Assembly: GCA_951406725.2 (NCBI GenBank)
Contig: OX597819.1
Span: 122,884,001-122,948,000, forward strand
Direction: 5' to 3'
Origin: Octopus vulgaris
Taxonomy: Eukaryota
DNA length: 64,000 nucleotides
The translations under genes and the position numbers were made by a program. Under the pieces are notes generated by a model. It searched no databases. It was not told where the DNA came from and worked only from the letters and a program-made list of their open reading frames with translations. Below are positions 1 to 12,660 of the stretch, in pieces (within the stretch, counting starts at the first letter, position 1; every line of letters starts with the position of its first letter).

Positions 1-169
<169 letters not shown>

Positions 170-468
170 TCAATTATTGTTAATCATGCCTTTCTTTGAA
201 GCATTTCTCTGAATTAAATGCAGATTATAGAACATACAGGTTACCCGAGTTATTCTATTATATTTTTCCCTTTTACTTTCTTTCTTTCAATCTTTCTTTC
301 TTTCCTTCTATCTTTCTTTCTTTCTGTCTGTCTGTCTTTCTTTCTTTCTTTCCTTCTTTCTTTCTTTCTGTCTGTCTTTCTTTCTTTCTGTATTTCTTCG
401 TTTCTTATTTTCTTTCCTTTTCTGTTTTAGTTCCTTTCATCGAGTGTCATTATTTTGTTCATATATCA

Positions 469-698
469 GGCGGCGAGCTGGCAGAGTCGTTAGCACGCCG
501 GGCGAAATGCTTAGCAGTATTTCGTCTGTCGTTACGTTCTGAGTTCAAATTCCTCCGAGGTCGACTTTGCCTTTCATCCTTTCGGGGTCGATAAATAAAG
601 TTCCAGTTTCGCACTGGGGTCGATATAATCGACTTAATCCGTTTGTCTGTCCTTGTTTGACCCTCTATGTTTAGCCCCTTGTGAGCAGTAAAGAAATA
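469..698 (+). mobile_element. tRNA-derived SINE, family B (head GGCGGCGAGCTGGCAG)
   Basis: A-box/B-box-like head (GAGTTCAAATTCC), central GCCTTTCATCCTTTCGGGGTCGATAAA block resembling a conserved metazoan SINE central domain; more than 12 copies in the window. Confidence 0.9.
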
Positions 699-1227
699 TA
701 TTTTGTTCATATATATTTTTGTGCATGATTGCAAAAGGTGTGCGTGTGCGCGTATACGTTCATATCTGCATATGTGATTTTCTGAAGTTGTTAAATTTCT
801 TCCAGCCACTTCAAGTATTTTCAAATTTTCATCAGAATATTTTTTAAAGTTATGTCCTCTTAACCAATCAAAGAGGTCCATTGCTAACACGTTGCCAACC
901 AGAACTGTCTCTTGTCATGGAAAACCAGCAATGACAACGAAGATAACTATACGTAGTTTCTCGACCAGCTACATACGGCAGTCAAATCTCCTTTAAACTA
1001 CGTCATAAAAAAGAGAGGGCGACACATTATATAATGCAATTGGAGGTTTTGGTTTTACATTCAAAAATTAGAGCACCAATGCTTCGTATGTGTTAATAAC
1101 AATCACGTGCGTAGAGCTTGTATGTAATCTGTATTTATGGTTACATATTTAGCGTGACTCTAGAAAGTATTGCAATACAATGGCGCTCTAATTGTGAATT
1201 ACAAGACCAATACTGTCATATAATGTG

Positions 1228-2482
1228 TAGAAGAAGTGGATGTGTGGTAAGTAGCTTGCTTACCAATCACATGGTTCTGGGTTCACTCCCACTGCGTGGC
1301 ACCTTCGGCAAGTGACTTCTACTATAGCCTCGGGCCAACCAAAGCATTGTGAGTGGATTTGGTAGACGGAAACTGAAAGGAGCCAGTCGTATATATGTAG
1401 ATAAGTATATATATATCTATATCTATATCTCTATATATATATATATATATATATCTATATATATATATATATATATAGATATATGCGTGTGTGTGTGTGT
1501 GTGTGTGTGTGTTTAAAGAGCTAAAAACCACTATGTGGACAGCCATATGCTAGAAGTAGATCACCTACGTCTCTGATTTTTCAGATTTTTGTATGCTAGG
1601 CTACTGGTTTTAAATTGATATTAATTAAATTAAGATTCAATTTACCTCCCTCGTTATTTAAATATATATATATATATATATAATACAAAATGAGAAAATG
1701 GAGAAATATATCTAAATCATTCATCAACTATCAGATAATACCGAATCATATACATTATTAAAACACTACACAAGAGCATAAAGATTAGGCATTAATACAG
1801 TACAATAATTACAATCAATATAATGAGATATAACTAAATAAATATAACAAGATATAAAAATACATATACATTATAACTGACAGCTGTTTCGGCCATACAG
1901 ATAGGTATGTCTCATTTAACCTATATTAGCCATATATTGCAGGTATAAATGAGACATTAACAAAATTATCTTACGGCCTCTTCGGAGATTCTAATGTAGG
2001 TATGAGTACATACCCAAAAATCATTTACATATAAATATAAATATGAGTGCATATATACTCATATCCTTATATATATACACATATACACATACATACTAAT
2101 ATAAATAATATAAATCAATATATATCAATAAACATAATAATGTTCTATATTGAATGTTACAGTTCATCAACCAATATTAAGAAATTACAACATATATAAT
2201 CATACTTAATGCAGACATATATAGTAAATAGTTCATTATATTAATTTGTGTTACTTTACAAAAAGTCAATAATGCTATACTAACAACATCATTACTAATC
2301 AAACAATACATATATCTCACAATTAACAACATAGTAGCAACACTGAAGACCAATAAATACCACCATAGTATTATTCAAGGCAAATAGATATCTGCATATA
2401 TATGTAATCAGTCAAATTCTTCTGTTTGCATGGTATTAATTTCCACAGATGCATTCGATTGGCCTATACTATTAAATATATG

Positions 2483-2516
<34 letters not shown>

Positions 2517-2765
2517 TGTATGTATGTATGTATGTATGTATGTGTCTGTATATGTTTGTGTGTCTGTGTTTGTCCCCCCAACATCGCTTCATAACAGATG
2601 GTGGCGTGTTTACCTCCCCGTAACTTAGCGGTTCGGCAAAAGGGACCGATAGAATAAGTACTAGGCTTCCAAACAATAAGTCCTGGAGTCGATTTGCTCG
2701 ACTAAAGGCGGTGCTCGAGCATGGCCACAATCAAATGACTGAAACAAGTAAAAGAGAGTAAAGAG
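1228..2765 (+). mobile_element. tRNA-derived SINE, family A, split by a ~1.1 kb insertion
   Basis: Head 1228-1395 and tail ~2545-2765 match intact copies at 28516-28918 and 48906-49333. Confidence 0.8.
1869..1996 (-). ncRNA. Hammerhead-ribozyme-like motif (type I) with long stem II
   Basis: Minus strand: CATTAGAATCT-CCGAAGA-GGCCGTA...TATGGCC-GAAAC-AGCT-GTC-AGTTATAATG. Confidence 0.65.
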
Positions 2766-3364
2766 AGCGAGTCTTTTCTGCTTTTTTAGTCATGGAGTAG
2801 TTTAAGGAAGATTCGGCTGTTATTACTAGCAAGTCGATTGACTGCCTAAAGGTTTCGTCTTTGTTTCCTGTGTTGATTTCCATGACAACTGATAGTACCA
2901 ATCAATGATATGTTGGTTAAAATTACATAATTATAATTGCTTGTAACTTCTTTAATCTTAATTTCTAGAAAAAACAGAACCCCACCCCCAACCCAGAAGA
3001 AAAAAGCAAAAAATTAATTACGATTTTCGTATTCAGCACGTGAAACTATATTAGAACGGCATAATTTCAAAATATTCTGGAGAAAATTTGAAAAACGCCA
3101 AGTAGCTGAAAGAGATTTAACAAGATCAGATGATTTATATATGCCTGAGTGTGTGTGTGTGTCTGTATTTGTGAACGTACCTACCTCTCTAAATATGTCC
3201 GTACTTTCGCATATGGATGTGAGCATGTGTACGTGTGTAACTGGGTGTCTGTGCACATGTGAGTTGTGTATTACATTCCTCTGTTCAGCCATTTTATACG
3301 TTTTACTTTCGTTTGTGTTAGCTGTGTGTGTAAATGTATTTTTATGCGCGTGTACAAACTATGA

Positions 3365-3425
<61 letters not shown>

Positions 3426-3681
3426 CACATAGAAAAACTGTATGTGTGCAGGTGTGATAGAGTATGTGTACGTAGGTGTTAATGAAGCAAAGCGTCTGAA
3501 TGAAAATTGTGATTATGGGCGTGTTTGTAAGACTTGAGTGTGAGTTCATGAAGAGATTGATAGGAATCGGAGTGTGCGTGAGCATGAGTGTGTACATGGT
3601 CGAACGTGAGTGTATACATGGGCGTGTCTGGGTGTGCGTGATTGAGCATGTATGTATATATGTGTGTGTGTGAGTATGTGT

Positions 3682-3845
3682 GAGTAAGAATATAATATTT
3701 GCGGGCGAATAAGAAGCCCATCGCATCAGATGCACTCCTATGTTAGATGCACCCGATTCCGTGAGTATATATTGTGTGAAAAAGCCAAAACGTGAGTGTA
3801 TACATGGGTGTGTCTGGGTGTTGCGTGATTGTGCATATATGTGTA

Positions 3846-3876
<31 letters not shown>

Positions 3877-4797
3877 GTGTGTGTGTGAGTAAGAATATCA
3901 TATTTGCGGGCGAATAAGAAGCGCATTCGCATCAGATGCACTCCTATGTTAGATGCACCCGATTCCGCGAGTATATATTGTGTGAAAAAACCAAAACGTG
4001 AGTGTATACATGGGTGTGTCTGGGCGTGATTGAGCATATATGTGTATGTGTGTGTGTGTGTATGTGTGTGTGTGTGAGTAAGAATATCATATTTGCGGGC
4101 GAATAAGAAGCGCATTCGCATCAGATGCACTCCTATGTTAGATGCACCCGATTCCGCGAGTATATATTGTGTGAAAAAACCAAAACGTGAGTGTATACAT
4201 GGGTGTGTCTGGGCGTGATTGAGCATATATGTGTATGTGTGTGTGTGTGTATGTGTGTGTGTGTGAGTAAGAATATCATATTTGCGGGCGAATAAGAAGC
4301 GCATTCGCATCAGATGCACTCCTATGTTAGATGCACCCGATTCCGTGAGTATATATTGTGTGAAAAAACCAAAACGTGAGTGTATACAAGGGTGTGTCTG
4401 GGCGTGATTGAGCATATATGTGTATGTGTGTGTGTGTGTATGTGTGTGTGTGTGAGTAAGAATATCATATTTGCGGGCGAATAAGAAGCGCATTCGCATC
4501 AGATGCACTCCTATGTTAGATGCACCCGATTCCGTGAGTATATATTGTGTGAAAAAACCAAAACGTGAGTGTATACATGGGTGTGTCTGGGCGTGATTGA
4601 GCATATATGTGTATGTGTGTGTGTGTGTATGTGTGTGTGTGTGAGTAAGAATATCATATTTGCGGGCGAATAAGAAGCGCATTCGCATCAGATGCACTCC
4701 TATGTTAGATGCACCCGATTCCGCGAGTATATATTGTGTGAAAAAACCAAAACGTGAGTGTATACATGGGTGTGTCTGGGCGTGATTGAGCATATAT

Positions 4798-4834
<37 letters not shown>

Positions 4835-6835
4835 TAAGAATATCATATTTGCGGGCGAATAAGAAGCGCATTCGCATCAGATGCACTCCTATGTTAGATG
4901 CACCCGATTCCGCGAGTATATATTGTGTGAAAAAACCAAAACGTGAGTGTATACATGGGTGTGTCTGGGCGTGATTGAGCATATATGTGTATGTGTGTGT
5001 GTGTGTATGTGTGTGTGTGTGAGTAAGAATATCATATTTGCGGGCGAATAAGAAGCGCATTCGCATCAGATGCACTCCTATGTTAGATGCACCCGATTCC
5101 GTGAGTATATATTGTGTGAAAAAACCAAAACGTGAGTGTATACATGGGTGTGTCTGGGCGTGATTGAGCATATATGTGTATGTGTGTGTGTGTGAGTAAG
5201 AATATCATATTTGCGGGCGAATAAGAAGCGCATTCGCATCAGATGCACTCCTATGTTAGATGCACCCGATTCCGTGAGTATATATTGTGTGAAAAAACCA
5301 AAACGTGAGTGTATACATGGGTGTGTCTGGGCGTGATTGAGCATATATGTGTATGTGTGTGTGTGTGTATGTGTGTGTGTGTGAGTAAGAATATCATATT
5401 TGCGGGCGAATAAGAAGCGCATTCGCATCAGATGCACTCCTATGTTAGATGCACCCGATTCCGTGAGTATATATTGTGTGAAAAAACCAAAACGTGAGTG
5501 TATACATGGGTGTGTCTGGGCGTGATTGAGCATATATGTGTATGTGTGTGTGTGTGTATGTGTGTGTGTGTGAGTAAGAATATCATATTTGCGGGCGAAT
5601 AAGAAGCGCATTCGCATCAGATGCACTCCTATGTTAGATGCACCCGATTCCGTGAGTATATATTGTGTGAAAAAACCAAAACGTGAGTGTATACATGGGT
5701 GTGTCTGGGCGTGATTGAGCATATATGTATATGTGTGTGTGTGTGTATGTGTGTGTGTGTGAGTAAGAATATCATATTTGCGGGCGAATAAGAAGCGCAT
5801 TCGCATCAGATGCACTCCTATGTTAGATGCACCCGATTCCGTGAGTATATATTGTGTGAAAAAACCAAAACGTGAGTGTATACATGGGTGTGTCTGGGCG
5901 TGATTGAGCATATATGTGTATGTGTGTGTGTGTGTATGTGTGTGTGTGTGAGTAAGAATATCATATTTGCGGGCGAATAAGAAGCGCATTCGCATCAGAT
6001 GCACTCCTATGTTAGATGCACCCGATTCCGTGAGTATATATTGTGTGAAAAAACCAAAACGTGAGTGTATACATGGGTGTGTCTGGGCGTGATTGAGCAT
6101 ATATGTGTATGTGTGTGTGTGTGTATGTGTGTGTGTGTGAGTAAGAATATCATATTTGCGGGCGAATAAGAAGCGCATTCGCATCAGATGCACTCCTATG
6201 TTAGATGCACCCGATTCCGTGAGTATATATTGTGTGAAAAAACCAAAACGTGAGTGTATACATGGGTGTGTCTGGGCGTGATTGAGCATATATGTGTATG
6301 TGTGTGTGTGTGTATGTGTGTGTGTGTGAGTAAGAATATCATATTTGCGGGCGAATAAGAAGCGCATTCGCATCAGATGCACTCCTATGTTAGATGCACC
6401 CGATTCCGCGAGTATATATTGTGTGAAAAAAACCAAAACGTGAGTGTATACATGGGTGTGTCTGGGCGTGATTGAGCATATATGTGTATGTGTGTGTGTG
6501 TGTATGTGTGTGTGTGTGTATGTGTGTGTGTGTGAGTAAGAATATCATATTTGCGGGCGAATAAGAAGCGCATTCGCATCAGATGCACTCCTATGTTAGA
6601 TGCACCCGATTCCGCGAGTATATATTGTGTGAAAAAACCAAAACGTGAGTGTATACATGGGTGTGTCTGGGCGTGATTGAGCATATATGTGTATGTGTGT
6701 GTGTGTGTATGTGTGTGTGTGTGTATGTGTGTGTGTGTGAGTAAGAATATCATATTTGCGGGCGAATAAGAAGCGCATTCGCATCAGATGCACTCCTATG
6801 TTAGATGCACCCGATTCCGTGAGTATATATTGTGG
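3682..6835. repeat. Tandem satellite, ~17 x 189 bp
   Basis: Near-identical units GAGTAAGAATATCATATTTGCGGGCG...(TG)n; length changes mostly in the TG tract. Confidence 0.97.
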
Positions 6836-7091
6836 GTAAAAAAAAACAAATTTAGTATGTTTCAACATTCACTTATTGAAAGATATTTTAAAGTGGTTTT
6901 CTGCGTAAAATGTATGATTATATACAGGTAACTCATAATGCTGGGAGAGTGTATTCACTGTTTGAAGCCAAAATGTTAACATTAAGATAAATTAAGAAAT
7001 AAAACAAAAACACTCATACAATCATTTCACTAAATACACTAGTGACTTCCCAATCCTGCTTGCAACAATTGACTTCCATTCCAATCACTCG

Positions 7092-7270
7092 TCTTCTTCT
7101 TCTTCTTCTTCTTCTTCTTCTTCTTCTTCTTCTTCTTCTTCTTCTTCTTCTTCTTCTTCTTCTTCTTCTTCTCTTCTCCTTCTTCTTCTCCTTCTTCTTC
7201 TTCTGCTTCTTCTTCTTCTTCTTCCTTTTCTTCTTCTTCCTTTTCTTCTTCTTCTTCTTCTTCCTTTTCT

Positions 7271-7305
<35 letters not shown>

Positions 7306-7440
7306 TCCTTCTTCTTCTTCTTCTTTTTCTTCTTCTTCTTTTTCTTCTTCTTCTTCTCCTTCTTCTTCTTCTTCTTCTTCTTCTTCTTCTTCTTCTTCTT
7401 CTTCTTCTTCTTCTTCTTCTTCTTCATTTTCTTCTTCTTG
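7092..7440. repeat. (CTT)n microsatellite
   Basis: Direct inspection. Confidence 0.97.
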
Positions 7441-7643
7441 GAGAGCGAACGAGAAAGAAAGAGTTGGCGGAGAGAAAGTGAGTGAGTGATGGAGACAGAG
7501 ACAAAGAAAGATTGAGAGAATGAAAGAGAAGACACGAGGACAGACAAAATTTTAAGTGAGCAGCACTGGACGACGTTATTTTCGACAACGAATCAGCAAT
7601 TTTCCTAAACAATACACACACACACACAAATACACACACACAT

Positions 7644-7688
<45 letters not shown>

Positions 7689-9554
7689 CACATATACATT
7701 GTACTGCAAGCTACGCTAAAAGTCACGAAGTAGAAACATGTTGCAGCTGTAGCCGCCAGCATTATGCTCACACATCGCAATATGCAATCGAACTTCGTGA
7801 CTTTTGGAGACCATCATATATATACATACATACATGCATACATGCATACATACATACATACATACATACATACATACATACATACATACATACATACATA
7901 CATACATACATAGTAGACTATCTCCGTGACCGGTTGGCTCACCAGGGAAGTCTGAGTTTCTCACCAACGAAGTTTCGTGTCGTGGGTTTTTTTTCTTCTC
8001 CATGTTATATCGCATGCTCTCAACGAATGTGACGTCGAAATCACGCGTAGACGGCTCCTTACCCCAGAAAAGGAAATATTTGGTTGCTATTTCTTGCACG
8101 CCCTGCTACCACGTATTTCGGGTTCTTTATCGCAAATAGCTGTAACGTGATGCCAGGGCATGCTAGAAATAGTAGCCAAATCTTTAGATGTGAGATGCGT
8201 TGAATGAACTCGAAATAATCCTAAGAGCGGGTCTTTTACGAAATATTTACCGTATTTTTAAAGTCATTTTCACTTTAAAATATTTTGCCCGTCATATTGT
8301 ATTTCATGGAAAGATTAAAGTTTCTTCTCTTTCAGGATTAAGATATTTTAGGAATATTTCCCCATTATGCGCCGTTTTGGTTATTTATACCCCTCACAAA
8401 ACCCTGCATGTCTCTATAACTACTGATCGATTTATTGCGTTCTTATTCGCATTTCAGGGGTACTTCACTTTCAAAGTATTTTCTCCATTACGCGTAAGTT
8501 TGGCTGTTTAACATTGCAAGCAAGCAAGAATGAACTTTGGTTTTAATGTGTTTTATATATACATATGTAAATTATGTATTAGAGAGTCCATGAATATTCT
8601 TCATCGATATGAGCCTACATCATTAAATAAGTTTTCAGATGCTATATTTCCTGTAACCATAGATACTGTTCAACATTTAAATATTTCGGTAAACCTAGAT
8701 AAATTAACCATTTAATATTTAATTATCTATATTTCGATTAATCTCTAAACTCATGCCATCCTGTAACCTCATATTGACCAGTTATTACCTGCTAACATTT
8801 ATAACATTCTCTAAATCGCATTTCCCATAATACTTTGTTATAATATTCCTCTTCCTGTTATCGACTGCACCTCTCGATATAAATAAATCTCATTTACCCA
8901 GTACAAAGTTGCACGACATGTGAATCCAGAATATACTCTCTAATGAAGGAGGCAGTATCCAATTTTTGGAGTGAAAATACCCTTAAAATCTATGGATTAC
9001 TGTACCCTTTAAACGGTCGTAAGAGGATTACCACGAACAGTTTACCTAAACTGGATTACTTATTCTCGCGGATTATTTACATGTTTTTTGAAATATTCCA
9101 ATCTCAATTCTACGATGATTATCTCGTTCTTCAGAAGACATTGCTTTATTTGCCTTTTTGTAAAGACATACTTTCATTCTTAATAATTTTTACAGCGCTG
9201 TTCTAACCTAATTTCACTCATCTATTTATCTCTGTACATTAGAATTTTATATATTTGTGTTTTCATGAATTTTTAATACGTTTTAATATTTTAGCGACTG
9301 ATACATTGGCATATTCCAAAGACTGATATGCACTGATCTATGGCAGAATAAATGTAAAATTAAATTGTTGAACCTATCAGAAATTCTCCTCAGCATTTTT
9401 CAATACCTTCGCGTCTCGGGTCTTTTATCTGATCGCTTCTTACTACTGCCTGTACAATAAACAAAGAAACTGTACTATATATATGTATATATATGTACAT
9501 ATAAATCTTTAGTTAAATATATTGTGTATTTATATGTACATATATATATATTCT

Positions 9555-9768
9555 GTTATTCTTTTGCTTCAGTCATTTGACTGCTGTCATGCTGGGTCAC
9601 CACATTTAATCGAACAAATTCACCCCAACATTTATTCTTTGTAAGCTCAGTACTCTATTCTATCGGTCTCTTTTGCCGCATCGCTAAGTTACAAGGGGAC
9701 GTAAACACACCAAGATTGGTTGACAAGCGATGGTGGGGGACAAACGCAGACACACACAAATATATACA

Positions 9769-9804
<36 letters not shown>

Positions 9805-9960
9805 ACACGGGATTCCTTCTGTTTCCGTCTAGCAAATCCACTCACAAGGCTCTGGTCGGCTCGATGCTATAGTAGAAAACACTTGGGCAAGGTGCCACAC
9901 AGTGGGACTGAATCCAGAACCACATGGGTGGCTAGCAAGGTACTTACCACACAGCCACTC
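9555..9960 (-). mobile_element. SINE family A copy (diverged)
   Basis: Reverse complement of head and tail of family A. Confidence 0.85.
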
Positions 9961-10001
9961 CTCTCTTATATGTATGCATATATATACATATATATATATA
10001 C

Positions 10002-10085
<84 letters not shown>

Positions 10086-10266
10086 ATGTATATATATATA
10101 TGTATAGGTGAGAGTGTTGGTATGTGAAAGCACGTAGTTAGATGTATAAAAGACAAAAAAGAGTGAAAAACCGACAGAGGGCTTATGTTATAAGGTTTAA
10201 GCATATATTTAAGTCGTTATGTTAGAAAAATGTTATAAAATTTTGCGTTTAGTAACAAAGGTTTTG

Positions 10267-10305
10267 GAGAAATAACCGGTTTCGTATTTTCTTTTCAAAT
10301 TTCTC
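10267..10305 (-). ncRNA. Minimal hammerhead-like motif, U3-A8 core
   Basis: GAGAAAT-TTGAAAA-GAAAATAC-GAAAC-CG-GTT-ATTTCTC; perfect 7-bp stem I. Confidence 0.55.
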
Positions 10306-10639
10306 AAATTTCTTCACCTATATCGTGTCATATTTTCGCATTGCTGTGAAATATGGAGTTTCAGGCAGGAGAAGGTAATCAGGGATTTTTCTGTTATAAG
10401 GGAGATAATAAATAATGTTGGGAATTACTAGGCTTGATTAATTTAACACGATTTGGTTTAGAAGGAATAGAATGTTACAAATGGTTAAGTTTTGGCTTAT
10501 ATTTTTCAACGAAGGAGGTTTCCTTATGTAATCTAACTTGTGTTGCTGTTCCAATGACACATTGATAGAACAGAAAGATTACAAATTGTGGTAGCAGTTG
10601 CTTTGCGCTCTCAGTATGAATGAGAAATGCATACATACA

Positions 10640-10699
<60 letters not shown>

Positions 10700-10702
<3 letters not shown>

Positions 10703-11876
10703 GAAGTGGTACCAAAAGTTCCCAGACTAGTTCCGTAGCGAGTCAACAGATCGCAGCACACACGCTTGTGTGCGCAGTAAGAGTTAGCAGTGACTGTTAT
10801 GATGCAATATGCCAACGTGAAATGTTTAATTAAATTCGGGAAGTCTGCTATAGATACATTGAGCACAGCAGCGAGGCAATGGGCCATACGCAAAAATTCG
10901 AGTGGCACATATGCCTCAAAAGCGGAAAAATGTCTCTGTAAGACGATCAAACATCTGGAAGACCTGCCACGATTGTCACCCCCGGAAACGTGGGGAAAAT
11001 CAACAGCTTATGTATGAGGATCGTCGGAGGACAATCAACGACATTGCGTATGTTGTTGGTCTGATGTATGCGTCAGTGCAGTAAGTCCTAACGTCTAAAT
11101 TGAACATGTGATGTGTCTGTGTCAAGTTTATCACACTCCTGTTGACCACTGAGCAGAAAGAAGATCACATCGAAGTTTGTCGAGCTCTCCACCAGCGTGC
11201 CGCAGATGATCCATCCTTCATTCCCAGGATCAGCACCGGTGACCTGAATTGGCTCCATGAGTACGATCCTGAGATAAAGCAGCAGTCGCCACAATGGAAG
11301 ATCCTTTTATCTTCATGACCAAAGAAAGAGCGATAGAGCTACAGCTCAATCAATAACATGCTCACCGTTCTTTTAAACATACGCGGTATGGTGAGACGAG
11401 AATTCGTTTCTCAGAGCAGGCCGTCAATCGAGACTTCTTCTGTAACGTTTTGAAGAGTTCGAAGGAGGACGTTCGACGAAAGCGACCGCATCTGTTGAGC
11501 GTGAATAATTGGAGTCTTCATGGCGATAATGCACCCTGACACCGAGCTCTCCTCACTCGCGAGTTTCTCGACATAAACAACATGGTGTCGCTTCCGCATC
11601 CACGCTATCCGCTAGATTTTGCGCATGCAGTCTTGCATCTCTTCTCCAAGATGAAAATGCAGCTCAAAAGTCGCCGTATTTAGCACCATTGTTGAGATCC
11701 AGAGGGAATCGCGAGCTCTGGACTCGCTAACGGAAAGCAATTTTCAGGTTGTATTCCAAATGTGGCAGGAACGCTGAGACCGGTGTATTACTATGCAAGG
11801 CAACTATTTTGAAGGAAAGTTTAACCTTAGGTAAATAAGTTATTTCTATATTAAATATAGCTACTCCGGTAGCTTA
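10700..11876 (+). mobile_element. Degenerate mariner (Tc1/mariner) transposon
   Basis: Starts TACGAAGTGGTACCAAAAGTTCC after (TA)n; fragments W.HEYDPEIKQQS.QWK, LHGDNAP, LFSKMK; many stops and frameshifts; right TIR incomplete. Confidence 0.85.
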
Positions 11877-11891
11877 TATATATATATACAT

Positions 11892-11938
<47 letters not shown>

Positions 11939-11961
11939 ATGTGTGTGTGTGTGTGTGCGTG

Positions 11962-12163
11962 TGTGACCTCGTGTGTACCGTTGGCGATTTTCTTTCCTCT
12001 GCCTTCTCTTCTCTGGATCTTTCCTTCTCCTATGTTTCTGACGAAGAGCTCCGCTCGAAACGTTAAACCCTCCTTCTTCCCTTCTTTCCTGAGCGTTCAA
12101 TAATACTATATTTGTTCCACGTCCTCGCGTTGTTGTGTTTTTTTTGTGTTTTCTTGTTTGGAT

Positions 12164-12168
<5 letters not shown>
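11962..12168 (+). mobile_element. ~200-bp non-autonomous element carrying a hammerhead motif
   Basis: Closely similar copy at 59476-59682; diverged relatives at ~25740-25915 (-) and 30575-30770; flanked by TG/TA repeats. Confidence 0.75.
12034..12068 (+). ncRNA. Minimal type I hammerhead ribozyme motif
   Basis: GTTT-CTGACGA-A-GAGC-TCC-GCTC-GAAAC-GTT-AAAC: intact core, 4-bp stems I and II, palindromic ACGT stem III. Confidence 0.75.
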
Positions 12169-12202
<34 letters not shown>

Positions 12203-12205
<3 letters not shown>

Positions 12206-12660
12206 GGCTTCCCACACGTTATCGAGTATGGCCATTGCACGAAGCTTAACTGTTATTGGTGCTGTGATCTTATGTGACTTTTTAGCCCAGCTAAGGATCT
12301 ACAATGTCTTGTACAGAATTGGCAACTAAAACCTTTACCGGTAATAGCCGGCTGTAGTTGTAACTGGGCTTCATGTACCTTTGCATGTCGTTTAAGTCCT
12401 CCTGCCGAATTACTCTCTCTTCCACATGCCCGACAGATATGATTAGTATGGTGTGTAACACCATCACCAGTGGCCAGGTTGTCACTCATCTGTCTCGCTT
12501 TATGACTATGACTCTTGAGTCAGCTTTACTGAGACAGGGTCTTGCACACACATTGCATGTCAGAATCAAAGGAAGACCCTTCCCTTCTGGAAGTGTAACA
12601 GCGATGACATTCCTGACATCCCTCCTTACTTTCTCATGTGCAACTCGAGATTTCTCAAAA
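12203..12660 (-). mobile_element. 3' end of RTE-like LINE with C2H2 motifs
   Basis: CNVCARPCLSKA, CRACGRESNSAGGLKRHAKVH, CQFCTRHCRSLAGLKSHIRSQH; ends in (TA)n. Confidence 0.7.

Noticed and set aside
3738-6436. 477-aa and 452-aa ORFs on the minus strand
   Set aside because: By-product of a stop-free 189-bp (63-codon) unit; the frame breaks wherever the TG tract changes length; no domain recognised.
3682-6835. Satellite as CRISPR array or retrozyme array
   Set aside because: No variable spacers and no cas genes. The minus strand has CTGAT plus a GCGAAT/ATTCGC hairpin, but lacks the complete CUGANGA and GAAA.
7014-7547. Poly-Lys/Arg and other low-complexity ORFs (YI, HT, CV, poly-M/S/N across the window)
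   Set aside because: Translations of microsatellites.
8935-9002. CTAATGA..AAAATCTATGGAT hammerhead-like trace
   Set aside because: Both core halves mutated and stem I absent; cannot be told from chance.
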